From the IMG/VR virus record IMGVR_UViG_3300021431_000003, positions 64,001 to 128,000 of that record: a stretch of 64,000 nt of DNA; one strand, given 5' to 3'. The notes beneath the pieces are model-generated. The model was not told the DNA's origin. It saw nothing but the letters and a program-made list of their open reading frames with translations, and ran no database searches. A program made the translations under genes and the position numbers. This DNA comes from a virus. Its lineage: Duplodnaviria; Caudoviricetes. Positions within the stretch are counted from its first letter, which is position 1. Every line of letters starts with the position of its first letter. Of this stretch, positions 13,301 through 21,266 are shown piece after piece.

Positions 13301-16300
13301 CTTTACGGTCTAAATTATTTCTAAGCTCTTGACCTAATACATCATAAGAAGAGTTTACAAAATTATCAATCTCACCACTATTTTCGTCATAAGAAAGAAT
13401 ATTTAACAGAGATTCTATATCACCGCTAGTATAATCAGCAAGCTTTTCATCTATAGCAGACCATTGATCTGTTTTAGCCATTTTTAACTTACCTCTAGCA
13501 GCTAATCTCTGTCTTGCGGTCATATCATCTGCACGACCTCTTCTAATACGATTAGCCTTTAATCTACCACCAATACCTTCATCTCCAAGAAGTCTGAAAG
13601 GTTTAGTAGCTACACGACCAAGTCTACCAGCAATACCAATAGCACCGCTACCGATTTTACCAGCTTTTTCAAAGACGCCTCCAAGAAAATTATTTCCAGC
13701 TGCATTAGCTCTAATCTTCTTGAATATATCTAATGTGAAATCCTTGATATCAACAATTGTATTTGTTAATTCTTTAAAGATAGATTGAGCACCAGAAGTC
13801 ATAGGAGTTATTATATTATCACGAATAGCTCCGAATAATCCTCCTTCTCTCTTGGCATCTTCTCCATCACCATTCTTTTTACCAAAGATTTCATCCATTG
13901 TCTTATCTATAATTGTTTGTCCGAAACCCTTTAAAGGTTTAACAATATTATCATTTAATGCTCCTCTTACACCACCTCTACGTTTACCATTCTCACCTTC
14001 TTCACCAAGTAAGAAGTCTTTGAATTTATCAGTAGAAGTGACATATCCTGCAGTAGCACCAATAAGTGCACTACCAACAAGACCAAAAGGACCAGGGAGG
14101 AATAATGCTGCTGTAGCTGCACCAATTCCCATATTTTTAGCACCCTTCTTGAGTTTGTCTACATTCTTATCAGAGAATATACCACCCTCACCAAAGAGTG
14201 ACCCTTGGAAGATTTCAGAATTCTTTGCGAATCCTAAGCCTGTACCGATTAATAAACCACCTAATGGACCAAGAGGAGTTAATAAGCCAGCTGCCATACC
14301 AGCCATACCACCCTTAGCCATATCAGGAGCAGCTTTTTGAAGTTCTTTAGAGATTAAACCAGTATCTTTTCTCTTAGGATTACCATTAGAATCGACAATG
14401 ATTTCACCAGTTTTCTTATCCTTTTCTACATCACCAAATAAGAAGCTAGCAAAAGAACCAGTAGATTTGGTTAAAGTAGAAGCAGCACCTACTGCTGCAC
14501 CAAGTAATGGACCGCCAACTAATAAGCCAGCTACACCGCCTAATACACCTCTAGATGCCATATTACCTAAGAAAGCAGCTCTCTGTTTATCATCTTCAAG
14601 AGTTGTCCAATCAGTAAGTTTATTAATGTCAACCTGCTGAATTCTTTCTTTAGCCTCAGCATCTAACTGTTGATGCTGAGCTAATTCTTCTGCTGTTAAA
14701 CCATCATTAGCTTCAGCATTATATCTAAGACCTCTAATGAAGTTCTTTTCATTACGAGATTGAAGATTTCTTACAGATGTAGGAGCTGGGTTATAAACTA
14801 CACCACCCTTAGGAATAGTATAGATACCAGTCTGACCAATCTTAGAACCGTTAAGATATTCACCTGCAGAAAGTACAGACTGGAATGGACGACCAGTTCT
14901 ATTTACACCACCTGCAGCCATACCTCTTACATTTATTGTAGAGGCTTTAATACTAGCTAATTTCCTTTCAGCTTTTTCAAGTTTAGTTCTTAAATCATTT
15001 TCTAATCCAGGATTGCTAGCAAATAAAGGAGCTTGACCAGCTAATTGATTTCTTAATCTAATGACTTCAGCTTCAGCTTTAATTATAGCAGCTTGTTTTC
15101 TTACATTTGCTTCTTCAGAAGTTCTTACACTTATATTTTGACCTTCGTTAGAATGAGTCCTAATATAATTCAATCTGTCCATTGCATTTGCAGAAATATG
15201 CTGATTATAATCATATACGTCAGTACTTGCTTTAGATGCTATTTCAGCTCTTCTTAAAGCTCTTTTTTGTGCAGATGTTAACGATGGTGTTGGTGAAGGA
15301 GAAGGATTGCTACTAGAAGATTCTGGATTAGTTATTTTACCAGCTAATCTCTTAGCCTCATCAATTTCCTTTTTCCACATAGCATGTACATCATCTGCAT
15401 TCTTTGCCATACCTTTACGGAATCCAGCTGTAAAATGAGAGAGTAAACCTTCTTCTAAGATATTACCTTCAGAGTCCACATCACCAAAGATTTTATTTTT
15501 GATTTTGTCTACATGAGGCTTTATTTTTTCATTATAATAGTCCTTAACTGGACTCAAAAGTTCTCCAATTTGTTCTTGAACCTTTTTGAAGAATTTTTGA
15601 GTGTGTTCTTTCATTAATTGCCAGAGAGACTTTTTCTGGTCATCAGCTTTCAAATCTTCACCATAAATAAGATTACGTAACCAAGCATCTGTCTTTACAA
15701 TAGTACCAGTTACTTTATCCATAACAGCAAAGTTAGTCTTCTGAGTAAACCATTTAGCTGCAATAGCAAGTTTCTCTGTAGTACCAGTAGCTTTAGATAA
15801 GTTCTCCATTAAGCCCTTATCTTTATCATATTTATCAGTGGCTCTCTTAAGCTTATCAGTATTTTCTTTACCAATAAGCTCTTCCATTTTCTTCCACTTT
15901 TCTTTTTCTTTCTTAGCATCCTCTCTCTGCTGATTCAGTTTGAACTCAGATTCATACTGTGCACCTTCACCATAGTAATCTGATACAAGACGAGATATAC
16001 CAATCTGGTCACCTTCAGATTGATAATTATAAGAGTCAGTAATAAAGCTAACAGACTTGCCCTTTCTACGTGCCTGCTCCTCCACTCTCTTTATATTAGA
16101 TTCAAAGCTTTCTTTAGCTTTTTCTTTAGCTTTTCTTTCAAGCTGTTCATAATATCTAGATGTATACTTTTCATCAGTAGTGCCATTATATTTTACTATA
16201 GCACCATTTTCATATAGTATATCATTGAAATTAATTGGACTTGGTGGGTTTGGTCCACTATTGTTTACATTAAAAATAGAAAGATTTCTAAGATAAGAAG

Positions 16301-18218
16301 AATATGCTCTGATAGTATTAAGACTGCTTCCCATACTTCTAAGATATTGATATAGTGTAACGCCATATTCGTCTTTAGCTCTTAAAAGAACCTGAGCAGT
16401 AGGCATTTCTTGAATATGTCTTTCATTCATATCACCCTTAGCATCTACATAGCTCTTACCATGATATGACTTAGCATCTCCAGTAATACCTTCCATAGCA
16501 GCGAGCATTGCAATACCGCCTTGCTCATTAAGCTGCTTAATGGCACTATTCTGACTTCTAAGAATTTCAAGTAGTTGTCCATCAACTGCAGATATATCTG
16601 GACCACTGAATCCTTTTCTCATCTTAAGTCTTCCATTATCATCTTTTACATAACGAAGACGTTCACTGTGTTGGAAAATCTTCTTCATAGATGTGTAGAT
16701 AGCTTTTTCTGCAGTGGTCAAATCAGATTCTCTAAGAGAACCAAAATCGCCTGCAGCTTGAAGCTTAAGAGCAAGAGATTGGACTGCTGTATTAGCTCTA
16801 TCATATTCTTCTTTAGTAGCATACATAGAGTCAAAACTTCTATTAGTACCAGCTTGAATAGTGCCCTTGATAAGAGATTCTGTACCACGTTGAGCAGATG
16901 TAGTGATACTATCATATGCCTTCTTAGCAGATTTCATACTAGTCCATCTACCAGTAGTGTAATCAAATATCATTTCTTCGCCACCTGTCATAGCAGATGT
17001 CATTTTACGAAGATAATAAGGGATTACATCTATAATAGCCTTCTTAGTAATACCATCAAAAGGAATAGCACCCTTTACATATTTATTAGGGTCTACAGAT
17101 TCATTAGAACCAGTCTTAATTCCAAGAATCTTACCTAATAGACCAGCTAAACCAGCATCTTCTTTCTTTGCTGCAGCATTAGCTTTAGCAATAAGAGAAG
17201 GAACAAGATTTTCAAGAGTCTTATTAAGAGCCTTTGCTGCTTGGTCAAATCCTTTACCAAGTGCTTTATTAACAGCAGCCTTAGATAATTCTCTACCAGG
17301 GTTAGCAAGCATTGTAGCAAGTAAGTTAGCACCTTCAATGCCACCATCGCCAAATAACATATTGAGACCTGGGATAGCCTGCATTAATTCATTACTAGCA
17401 TTTCTTCCTATATACTTACCATATTCTCTAAGATTAATTACACCACCTCTACCGATGATATCATCATATCCTATCTTTTTTTTCTTATTAGGATCTTCAA
17501 TTTGTTTAGCATATAAATTACGCTGCATTTCGAGTAACTCATCCATCTGTTTAGTGAGTTTAGCAACGTTATTATCTACATTAGCCATAAACTTGTTGAG
17601 ATTTTCATTCATCTGGTTCTGTACTTTTGCAGTCTGCTCTGCATTCTGTTTTAAGAAACCAGTGATGTTTTGTAATCCACCATCAAGTTTATTTATAAGA
17701 CGTTCATTTTGAGTATACAGTAGCATTGTATTCTCTTTAGAAACATCCATCTGAGCTTTGCCAGTTTTGACGATAGCTTCTGTAGTAATAGCGGTCTGTA
17801 ACTTACTGTTCTTTTTAACAGCAGTAGCAATAACCTTATCACCATCAGTAACATCTTCATTACCGAAATCAAAGTCATCATCATCGATGTCCATACCTTG
17901 CATTAGGTTACCGCCATATTTATTCATAACTTCCAGCTCTTTATTCTTAGCATAGAAGTCACCAGTAGTAACACTATATACAATAGAATCAAAGCCAACT
18001 CTAGCAGCATCCATTACTTTATTATCAGTAATAGTCTTCTTAATTCTAGCATAAGTAGTTCTATAATCTTTAATAGAATGATATGCTTCTTTAAAGACTT
18101 CTTGATTCTCATTCTTAAAGTCTTTAACATAGGTAAACTTCTCAGACAATACATCTGCAGTAGTATAAGCAACCGATTTGCCTAAGTTAGCAAGATACTT
18201 TTGAACCTTAATAGACAT
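4338..18218 (-). CDS. Giant tape-measure-like virion protein with C39-like peptidase, phage tail lysozyme and NlpC/P60-like domains
   Basis: 4626 aa, largely helical, Gly-zipper/TM segments; SGCGPASAASVL...HYVVARG (C39-like), AAACGAIGNWVQE...GGGLMQWT (Phage_lysozyme2-like), DCSGMMSAV...GDIRF...GHTDMY (NlpC/P60-like). Confidence 0.8.
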   Translation of the reverse strand: MSIKVQKYLANLGKSVAYTTADVLSEKFTYVKDFKNENQEVFKEAYHSIKDYRTTYARIKKTITDNKVMDAARVGFDSIVYSVTTGDFYAKNKELEVMNKYGGNLMQGMDIDDDDFDFGNEDVTDGDKVIATAVKKNSKLQTAITTEAIVKTGKAQMDVSKENTMLLYTQNERLINKLDGGLQNITGFLKQNAEQTAKVQNQMNENLNKFMANVDNNVAKLTKQMDELLEMQRNLYAKQIEDPNKKKKIGYDDIIGRGGVINLREYGKYIGRNASNELMQAIPGLNMLFGDGGIEGANLLATMLANPGRELSKAAVNKALGKGFDQAAKALNKTLENLVPSLIAKANAAAKKEDAGLAGLLGKILGIKTGSNESVDPNKYVKGAIPFDGITKKAIIDVIPYYLRKMTSAMTGGEEMIFDYTTGRWTSMKSAKKAYDSITTSAQRGTESLIKGTIQAGTNRSFDSMYATKEEYDRANTAVQSLALKLQAAGDFGSLRESDLTTAEKAIYTSMKKIFQHSERLRYVKDDNGRLKMRKGFSGPDISAVDGQLLEILRSQNSAIKQLNEQGGIAMLAAMEGITGDAKSYHGKSYVDAKGDMNERHIQEMPTAQVLLRAKDEYGVTLYQYLRSMGSSLNTIRAYSSYLRNLSIFNVNNSGPNPPSPINFNDILYENGAIVKYNGTTDEKYTSRYYEQLERKAKEKAKESFESNIKRVEEQARRKGKSVSFITDSYNYQSEGDQIGISRLVSDYYGEGAQYESEFKLNQQREDAKKEKEKWKKMEELIGKENTDKLKRATDKYDKDKGLMENLSKATGTTEKLAIAAKWFTQKTNFAVMDKVTGTIVKTDAWLRNLIYGEDLKADDQKKSLWQLMKEHTQKFFKKVQEQIGELLSPVKDYYNEKIKPHVDKIKNKIFGDVDSEGNILEEGLLSHFTAGFRKGMAKNADDVHAMWKKEIDEAKRLAGKITNPESSSSNPSPSPTPSLTSAQKRALRRAEIASKASTDVYDYNQHISANAMDRLNYIRTHSNEGQNISVRTSEEANVRKQAAIIKAEAEVIRLRNQLAGQAPLFASNPGLENDLRTKLEKAERKLASIKASTINVRGMAAGGVNRTGRPFQSVLSAGEYLNGSKIGQTGIYTIPKGGVVYNPAPTSVRNLQSRNEKNFIRGLRYNAEANDGLTAEELAQHQQLDAEAKERIQQVDINKLTDWTTLEDDKQRAAFLGNMASRGVLGGVAGLLVGGPLLGAAVGAASTLTKSTGSFASFLFGDVEKDKKTGEIIVDSNGNPKRKDTGLISKELQKAAPDMAKGGMAGMAAGLLTPLGPLGGLLIGTGLGFAKNSEIFQGSLFGEGGIFSDKNVDKLKKGAKNMGIGAATAALFLPGPFGLVGSALIGATAGYVTSTDKFKDFLLGEEGENGKRRGGVRGALNDNIVKPLKGFGQTIIDKTMDEIFGKKNGDGEDAKREGGLFGAIRDNIITPMTSGAQSIFKELTNTIVDIKDFTLDIFKKIRANAAGNNFLGGVFEKAGKIGSGAIGIAGRLGRVATKPFRLLGDEGIGGRLKANRIRRGRADDMTARQRLAARGKLKMAKTDQWSAIDEKLADYTSGDIESLLNILSYDENSGEIDNFVNSSYDVLGQELRNNLDRKDAKRIIKMLKEGRDKDVERFLNTRNIDNATKKSVMKELRLHRDKMNKASKDYKDIERSKMTVQQYLLSKGINVDLRDKKAVRNLKLMANRELAHKGVGLTDEEVAFEAEKAFWKGKDSPLETVNTAAKRMEEILENIHYDLTIGNGYDKLSKEEQAKYGSKEAYIKSVKDSRSQKAIKENAANGGYVIGKNDKIGSINKDSIKAGDFISNDLWNDYIPMLTGDLKGYLAPDTRMANVLNNEINELIDTACQMFDGLALKELCVPERIRDDIQTYKQKIMNKEKCSEEEAVKKIKVMKRKILIYRGETPYNFEMYYKVDGYNVIPGKGQPVSYDAAKRQFIEDYLADHRPKTIEDSYMSFGDMIAKSLKLGVYMNPIVMPDLPKFTGIHSLFVKDAIRTHGKSIISGAIKGVKKIGFNVGLALSDHKIDDNSLIQRLNNYQYQQEAEKEWNKEVASYQSALEALRSANTASEEVQNKLKEELADKFEFLDAITKRCNLGVSRFSACTKDEQKQVHDEFVNMYIQAKKENQVFGRGIIGGIKQIGKRLVRSKLGQTIKLIKGTGNILFNDNAEGTKEERMKKVRENLKRKAEYAWSRLFIIDSNNKDAKPEAGPELQKLVKELYAGKNGHENNVLWKDLTEKEQEAIHAVFVERFIDGRYQKLMNSISDNIRNGVQSKLQGVRDKINNGIRTAAAKVSDWANDTKEKIKKKASDAKRDKVISLAIKNKDERLDELSLELYGKKYNELDAKEQNKVNGRFYARYGYGKASLTETFMRGAIKKVVGSDRYKSVTGTLKSGIRNAVAGKLDAVRAWKEKNQEQDTFIGRFFDRMDARQLRKDKENFEGKKDSKIGKIIKWLFVGGVFVPLIVGFIKEDILPAIREKVKPWLAKAKDKIFGVKNKTTGEYEGGIISGIVNPIRKFFKSKFEKVHNWIHNEGEYAAPDRGLSGFWNSLAKVGAHIVELWKTGFVTVYGDFVPKVLYGIGKNLIPMVWTVVKNVGQGLVDYAKDVFKGRQGALEIQIPDTSPGEQVNVQATSIDVPNTVGGNVQLTSPGYSANINFPSEAISKNGNKISGNKNEDGTSTYTNESTGKQVTSKISGDYYYIGTNASGQQIFKDSKTNKAYTLDSNGGYIPLSEYNELADESLSENAAYQQQVALENANALDADYVGRSSESKMAGLVGRLAARAGNMGVLNGAKGIKAMTGATKILGLPFKALKKIPFTPTKIVGRLGEGVTNIAEKATKPIAAIHGVAMNAVGKVGDKITNGAFSKIGQVLIDRETAAAAKIAEKNALKAAKAEADAAKAAAKKAWKADKLAEKIASGDANFFEKAIDFIKKSVGKMKEKIAKVLKNEKIAKLFGKGINENADEIAEKVAKGTGDVIGDSVDDIAKQGSTAAAKGAASVLSIVMMVADFLLGVDNCRNLLGIVTPKPSFVERLTGGIINIIPDVIMTLAEAVTGASFGGAAAVGAVLAALSIIATLIISIDSIRDALVGMIINVLDLIPGIDMSKIKEERAQAKAAVEAYNTKNNTNLSIEDYNNLIGNKTITTKIGDGAKDVWSAMFGYDSASKSVILEKTANLESKGKSDKVRKKLSTIFSSIWQYFGEKDFNYSDQYDEDGNELKGKEKLNANKFKFNEVGTQVISNLNAILVAEDESVIKEVASNVTNFTGPWDASHHLKDVYNSGKDDPNSQFDVDEEHSDWKLIRAMAGVCAIINEIFEPCGKKAEITKAVLDAMMPAYFTTNEMSKIQIEGVDTSKYSVDMSKYDEKSVLDAATSYDGIDKYGVATNANANDKLSPLTGSLDPLMKGLERGFGWLKNTNPLERVGIYFGNLINNSIKSLTGGFEGIEEFFKSLASKNSSINRGIDELSILPTSKNYWKIELDKKNPFMSGLFNFVESMNRVVKAPFSLATASLAAGMNAVQSKSNTSSTATMINNTGSSSNGTTTFSSSGTNNATASNGGVLSGLWQGIKNTASKIMSGVKGFFGLGRDKDNSNDSGYGSDPYHIYQRAYSGSYRTAGDSESQTIADSGCGPASAASVLRMYGKNGDMRNAVNYALNNKYKEVNGGTYPEYFNSYLNKNGIKTNSNANNADVINSLAQGKPVILMGRDSQNSGRTPYGSKYSHYVVARGLDKNGNVIVEDSEDRRGSTRYSLADTLQNSTVRITTGRGKNNESLANKYISSVSAVTNSTISSMIYNAAKSLGVNFSSSSNNTTNNNDSTGVNVRGDAKAAIGKSYTATLEGESVTLTMDEGGAEIYSFLVNECGCSTAAACGAIGNWVQECGGGTIENIKPVALKGYIAEGGGLMQWTLPWNDHPAWARAHGFSDWEWTGQLAHVKEELTDGSNWSKNRIKKAASQIRSMGFNVANTVDEYKKLTKPDEAAVNFERGLEGSADFWGSVAASEAYKNIKYKHLYCFKRRLFALAVYGLVTGQSSSGSGRGVNEDKLSITGRAKDPINFANSGEIERQEKLAEIGQDNLWTAGVPVDNTTQNTNTNDKIIDSNKFISIDKLKSISETTKEDTTATDSTTSTSTDNNKGVATGLIGLLGEYTRRATKDIFGNFYDALYGTETNNNTTPSDTTAAYNGNDIIYAAAMVFEALYNADPDLTYDCNCVKYNDLVCRDGTVLEHERPDCSGMMSAVIHYMGYYTSRWNAEKNYSDTYHGEGFGTQNWNNASSNTCIYDKDGNLSSDWEVLKFDPNDVQPGDIRFHSGHGHTDMYVFTNSKGTRFGFNAGSGDAGGSIGNGMYNSYCLAKYYLDNNNQLPNPDSCHGNRGEPGAWTIQDNECKLVLRYKGSGNGRFGRGSARNGKTDLAKLNRIPISKRKITDSNTIPNIVTRDVNRDLITGAYRTGYGRGTGPLKSLDDIRSSRVVRSSNNTNAHNNTIVSPHTGKGSIMGADNNTYTQYGGDNLANIIRLAAIIADNSNKIDDILAVLATIAVNTENTTTAIDNSNNKKIPNGSKNGLSALRTALNNNNSGEDIINAIYQIAKS

Positions 18219-18243
18219 ACGATTCCTCCTTTCAAGCTTAGTT

Positions 18244-18255
18244 TATGTATATGTT
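18244..18255 (-). promoter_or_regulatory. Late-type promoter
   Basis: AACAtatacaTAa upstream of GAAAGGAGG RBS. Confidence 0.7.
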
Positions 18256-18272
18256 GAGCAGCTTAAAAATAT

Positions 18273-18294
18273 AGGAGGGTGACGAATCACCCTC
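18273..18294 (-). terminator. Intrinsic terminator
   Basis: GGAGGGTGA-cgaa-TCACCCTCC, same loop as the 4306 terminator. Confidence 0.8.
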
Positions 18295-18301
18295 CAATTT
18301 A

Positions 18302-20401
18302 TTAAAGTCTTAAGATATTAGTATAATTGATTGCATCTTTTTCTCTTCTGTCGATACCTACAGCTTCACACGGGAATTGTCTGATATTGTCATTGACGAT
18401 AGAAGTATAATCAATATAATCCTTAACCCACTCAGGAACTTCCATATCATCTAAGATTGCTATACCAGTAATACCCTTAGTAAATTCTTTTTTCTGCATA
18501 AGAGTTACAGCTTTTTCATATACATTAGGATATTTTTCTTTAAGATCTTCTACATTCTTTTTATTAATATCAATCTTAATAAGAAGAACACTATTTCTGG
18601 TACTTAAATCTATAGGTGTAGTATTATCATCTCTAAGTTCATTATAAACTACAGATGCCTTAACACCAGATTCTCTTAATGGATTTTCATAAGCAGCTAC
18701 AGCTTTAATACGTTCTGGCTTAAAGTATTCTTTATTACCACTACGAATAGAATCAATAATTTGCTTTTCAAGAATTGCAAGTTGTTTAACAATTTCTACC
18801 TGAGAAATCTGCCCTGGATTGTCAAGAATCTGTTCCATAAGAATTCTTTGAAGTGCTGCTTTAGTAGAATCCGCAGTTCCTGATTTCTTGATACTTAATC
18901 CAGTAATTGCAAGTGCCTTTTCACGTGGAATAATACTAGATTCTTGACGTTCTTGATATGCACAATAATTCTTTTTTCCATCTGTAATCAAAGCACGCTT
19001 AAGCTGGAATTCATTCTTAAGAATAAAGAAGCTCTTACGCTTAGAACCATCATGACAAGTTGTGCTATTACTATTATCAGAATACTTACCCATATAATCA
19101 ATAGCAAGTTTTCCCATGATACTAGCTAAGATATTAATAATAGAACAACGGAATCCTACCTGAGGTGTAATTACATCTGGGCGTACATAATCCTGCATTT
19201 CAATAACTTCATCTTTATAGAAGTCATAGTCGTATCTTGTTTCAAATGCTGGTTTAACTTCTGCAGTCTTTTCATCAATCTCAATCTCTTTAATCTTCAT
19301 AGGAATATTAAATGTCTTATCGAGAATATAACGATACCAACCATCGAAACTAATAAAACAGCTATCTGTATCTGTTAGCATAGATACACAACGATACATA
19401 TTTTCTGTTCTATCAATTCTATCCATATACTGCTTATCATAATATACCCATTCATAAATCATCTGATAGAGTTCATCCATCATATCCTTAACTTCCTGAG
19501 GCGGTTTATTCGGGTCGATAAACGGCACATCAAGTGTAGAAAGAATCTGAATAATCTTATTCATAACTACTGTATTATCTACAAACCAGAACAGATTATT
19601 CTTATAGAACAACTTATTCAGTTCATGCTGAGTACAACGATTCAAGATATCCCAAATCAAAGTCATTTCTTTTTCAGTAGGAATCCAATAGAAACCACTA
19701 CTATAAAGAATCTTAAAGAATACTTCTTCTACATTCGGTACTTTATCTCTATCAATAATAAAGTCGTCTGGATACATACCAATAGGTTCTCTTCTTACAT
19801 TATTGATAAAAGTGATTACTTCATTAAGACTACTGAACTTAACATTATTTGCCATTGTAGCTTCAAATAACATAATTGCTGCAGCAATACAACTTCTACC
19901 CTGCATTGTAATAGACTGTGCTACATAAAGATTATAGAAGATTGAAGTATGATTACCAGATGCACCATACATTGCATTACCTGATACTTTTTCTGATGCT
20001 TGTAAGATATTATATTTCTCAAAGTTCTCACTACCCTTAGGATACATAAACATTTGATCTTTATAATATCCTCTTTGTTTGAGAAACTCCTGAATAAGCA
20101 TTACAAATGGATTAGGAACAGAACCATGCTTTTTAAACATAACACCACTTACTGTGATGATAGGTTCTCTACTCATAATATAATCTGTTACTTGCCATAA
20201 AGTAGTCTGTTCTTTCACTTTGGTATAATTGTTATCTAATACAGCAGGTGTATCATTACCTCGCTTCATAATAGAATAATCAATCGCTTCTACAAGTTCA
20301 TGTTCATATAAACCTGGAAAAGTTAATCTAAGTGCTTCAAGCACTTCCTGTCTATAAATGTCTGCAGTTCTAGACTGCACAATCTGTGTAATATCTTTCA
20401 T
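18302..20401 (-). CDS. Split family-B DNA polymerase, subunit with motifs B and C
   Basis: KVSGNAMYG (motif B), TDTDSCF (motif C), KKNY; start moved to 20401 after GAAAGGAG RBS. Confidence 0.85.
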   Translation of the reverse strand: MKDITQIVQSRTADIYRQEVLEALRLTFPGLYEHELVEAIDYSIMKRGNDTPAVLDNNYTKVKEQTTLWQVTDYIMSREPIITVSGVMFKKHGSVPNPFVMLIQEFLKQRGYYKDQMFMYPKGSENFEKYNILQASEKVSGNAMYGASGNHTSIFYNLYVAQSITMQGRSCIAAAIMLFEATMANNVKFSSLNEVITFINNVRREPIGMYPDDFIIDRDKVPNVEEVFFKILYSSGFYWIPTEKEMTLIWDILNRCTQHELNKLFYKNNLFWFVDNTVVMNKIIQILSTLDVPFIDPNKPPQEVKDMMDELYQMIYEWVYYDKQYMDRIDRTENMYRCVSMLTDTDSCFISFDGWYRYILDKTFNIPMKIKEIEIDEKTAEVKPAFETRYDYDFYKDEVIEMQDYVRPDVITPQVGFRCSIINILASIMGKLAIDYMGKYSDNSNSTTCHDGSKRKSFFILKNEFQLKRALITDGKKNYCAYQERQESSIIPREKALAITGLSIKKSGTADSTKAALQRILMEQILDNPGQISQVEIVKQLAILEKQIIDSIRSGNKEYFKPERIKAVAAYENPLRESGVKASVVYNELRDDNTTPIDLSTRNSVLLIKIDINKKNVEDLKEKYPNVYEKAVTLMQKKEFTKGITGIAILDDMEVPEWVKDYIDYTSIVNDNIRQFPCEAVGIDRREKDAINYTNILRL

Positions 20402-20465
20402 AAAGATACTCCTTTCGATTATCAGCTTACCTATTATCATATGATTATGATTAATAGATATCTAT

Positions 20466-20508
20466 TATAAATTTGTTATTCATGCTTTAAAAACAGAACA
20501 ATTATATA
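20466..20508. promoter_or_regulatory. Divergent pair of late-type promoters
   Basis: AACAaatttaTAa (-, 20466-20477) and AACAattataTAa (+, 20497-20508). Confidence 0.65.
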
Positions 20509-20593
20509 ATGAAAGACCTAAGTGTATGATTACTCATATACAAATAAAATCTAATTGCAATTATATTTTATATTTTAAAAGGAGGATATTCTC

Positions 20594-21055
20594 ATGGGAC
20601 TTTATACAAATCCTAATACAATGGAAGCAGCTCATGAAGTTGAGATGGAACTCAATATGGATGAGCTTCTTGAAGCATTCTACTATGATGACCATTATTC
20701 TGATTCTGATGAAGAGAAGCGTGAACTTCTTGAATCTGCTGATACTCTTCTTGAAGCAAAGAAGATTTCTCGTAAAACAATTGTTCGTCTTAACAAGAAT
20801 GATGATCTGACTCGTCGTACTGGTATGGCAGCACTTCAGCTTGCTAAGGATAATAACGATGCTCTTTGGAAGAAGCTTGTTAAGAATCGTATCATGGAGC
20901 GTAAGCTTCTTGCTGCTATTAAGAAGAAGTATGCTAATAAGGCTCAGCTGGCTGCTCGTAAGGGACAGCGTGCATATGTTTCTGGTCAGGGTACTGTAGG
21001 TAACCAGAATGTTAAGAAGATGCAGCCTAAGGAAATGTCTAAGACAAGAAATTAA
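20594..21055 (+). CDS. Hypothetical protein, probably virion-associated (acidic N-terminus, basic C-terminus)
   Basis: AAAAGGAGG RBS, late promoter, biased codons, repeated LLE(A/S) motifs. Confidence 0.8.
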   Translation: MGLYTNPNTMEAAHEVEMELNMDELLEAFYYDDHYSDSDEEKRELLESADTLLEAKKISRKTIVRLNKNDDLTRRTGMAALQLAKDNNDALWKKLVKNRIMERKLLAAIKKKYANKAQLAARKGQRAYVSGQGTVGNQNVKKMQPKEMSKTRN

Positions 21056-21067
21056 TAACATAAAAAT

Positions 21068-21183
21068 AATGGTATCGTATGAGTGACGATATCATTGTGT
21101 GCATATTTCGATTGTCATGATAACAATCGGTTCCTTTCTTTTTATAGGATTGCGGGTGGTATTATCCATCCGCAATTTCTTTC
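21068..21183 (+). ncRNA. Candidate small RNA 1
   Basis: Late promoter at 21057-21068, two hairpins, UUCCUUUC tract, terminator stem 21149-21176; no sense ORF with an RBS. Confidence 0.5.
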
Positions 21184-21189
21184 TCATTG

Positions 21190-21205
21190 ATATATTATTA
21201 TATTG
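21190..21205 (+). promoter_or_regulatory. Early-type promoter
   Basis: ATATATTATTATATTG upstream of the RNAP beta' C-terminal gene. Confidence 0.65.
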
Positions 21206-21266
21206 ATAGAATATGACATAGTCAAAAACTATCAAATAACAAATATATCTTGGAGGTAGTATATCT

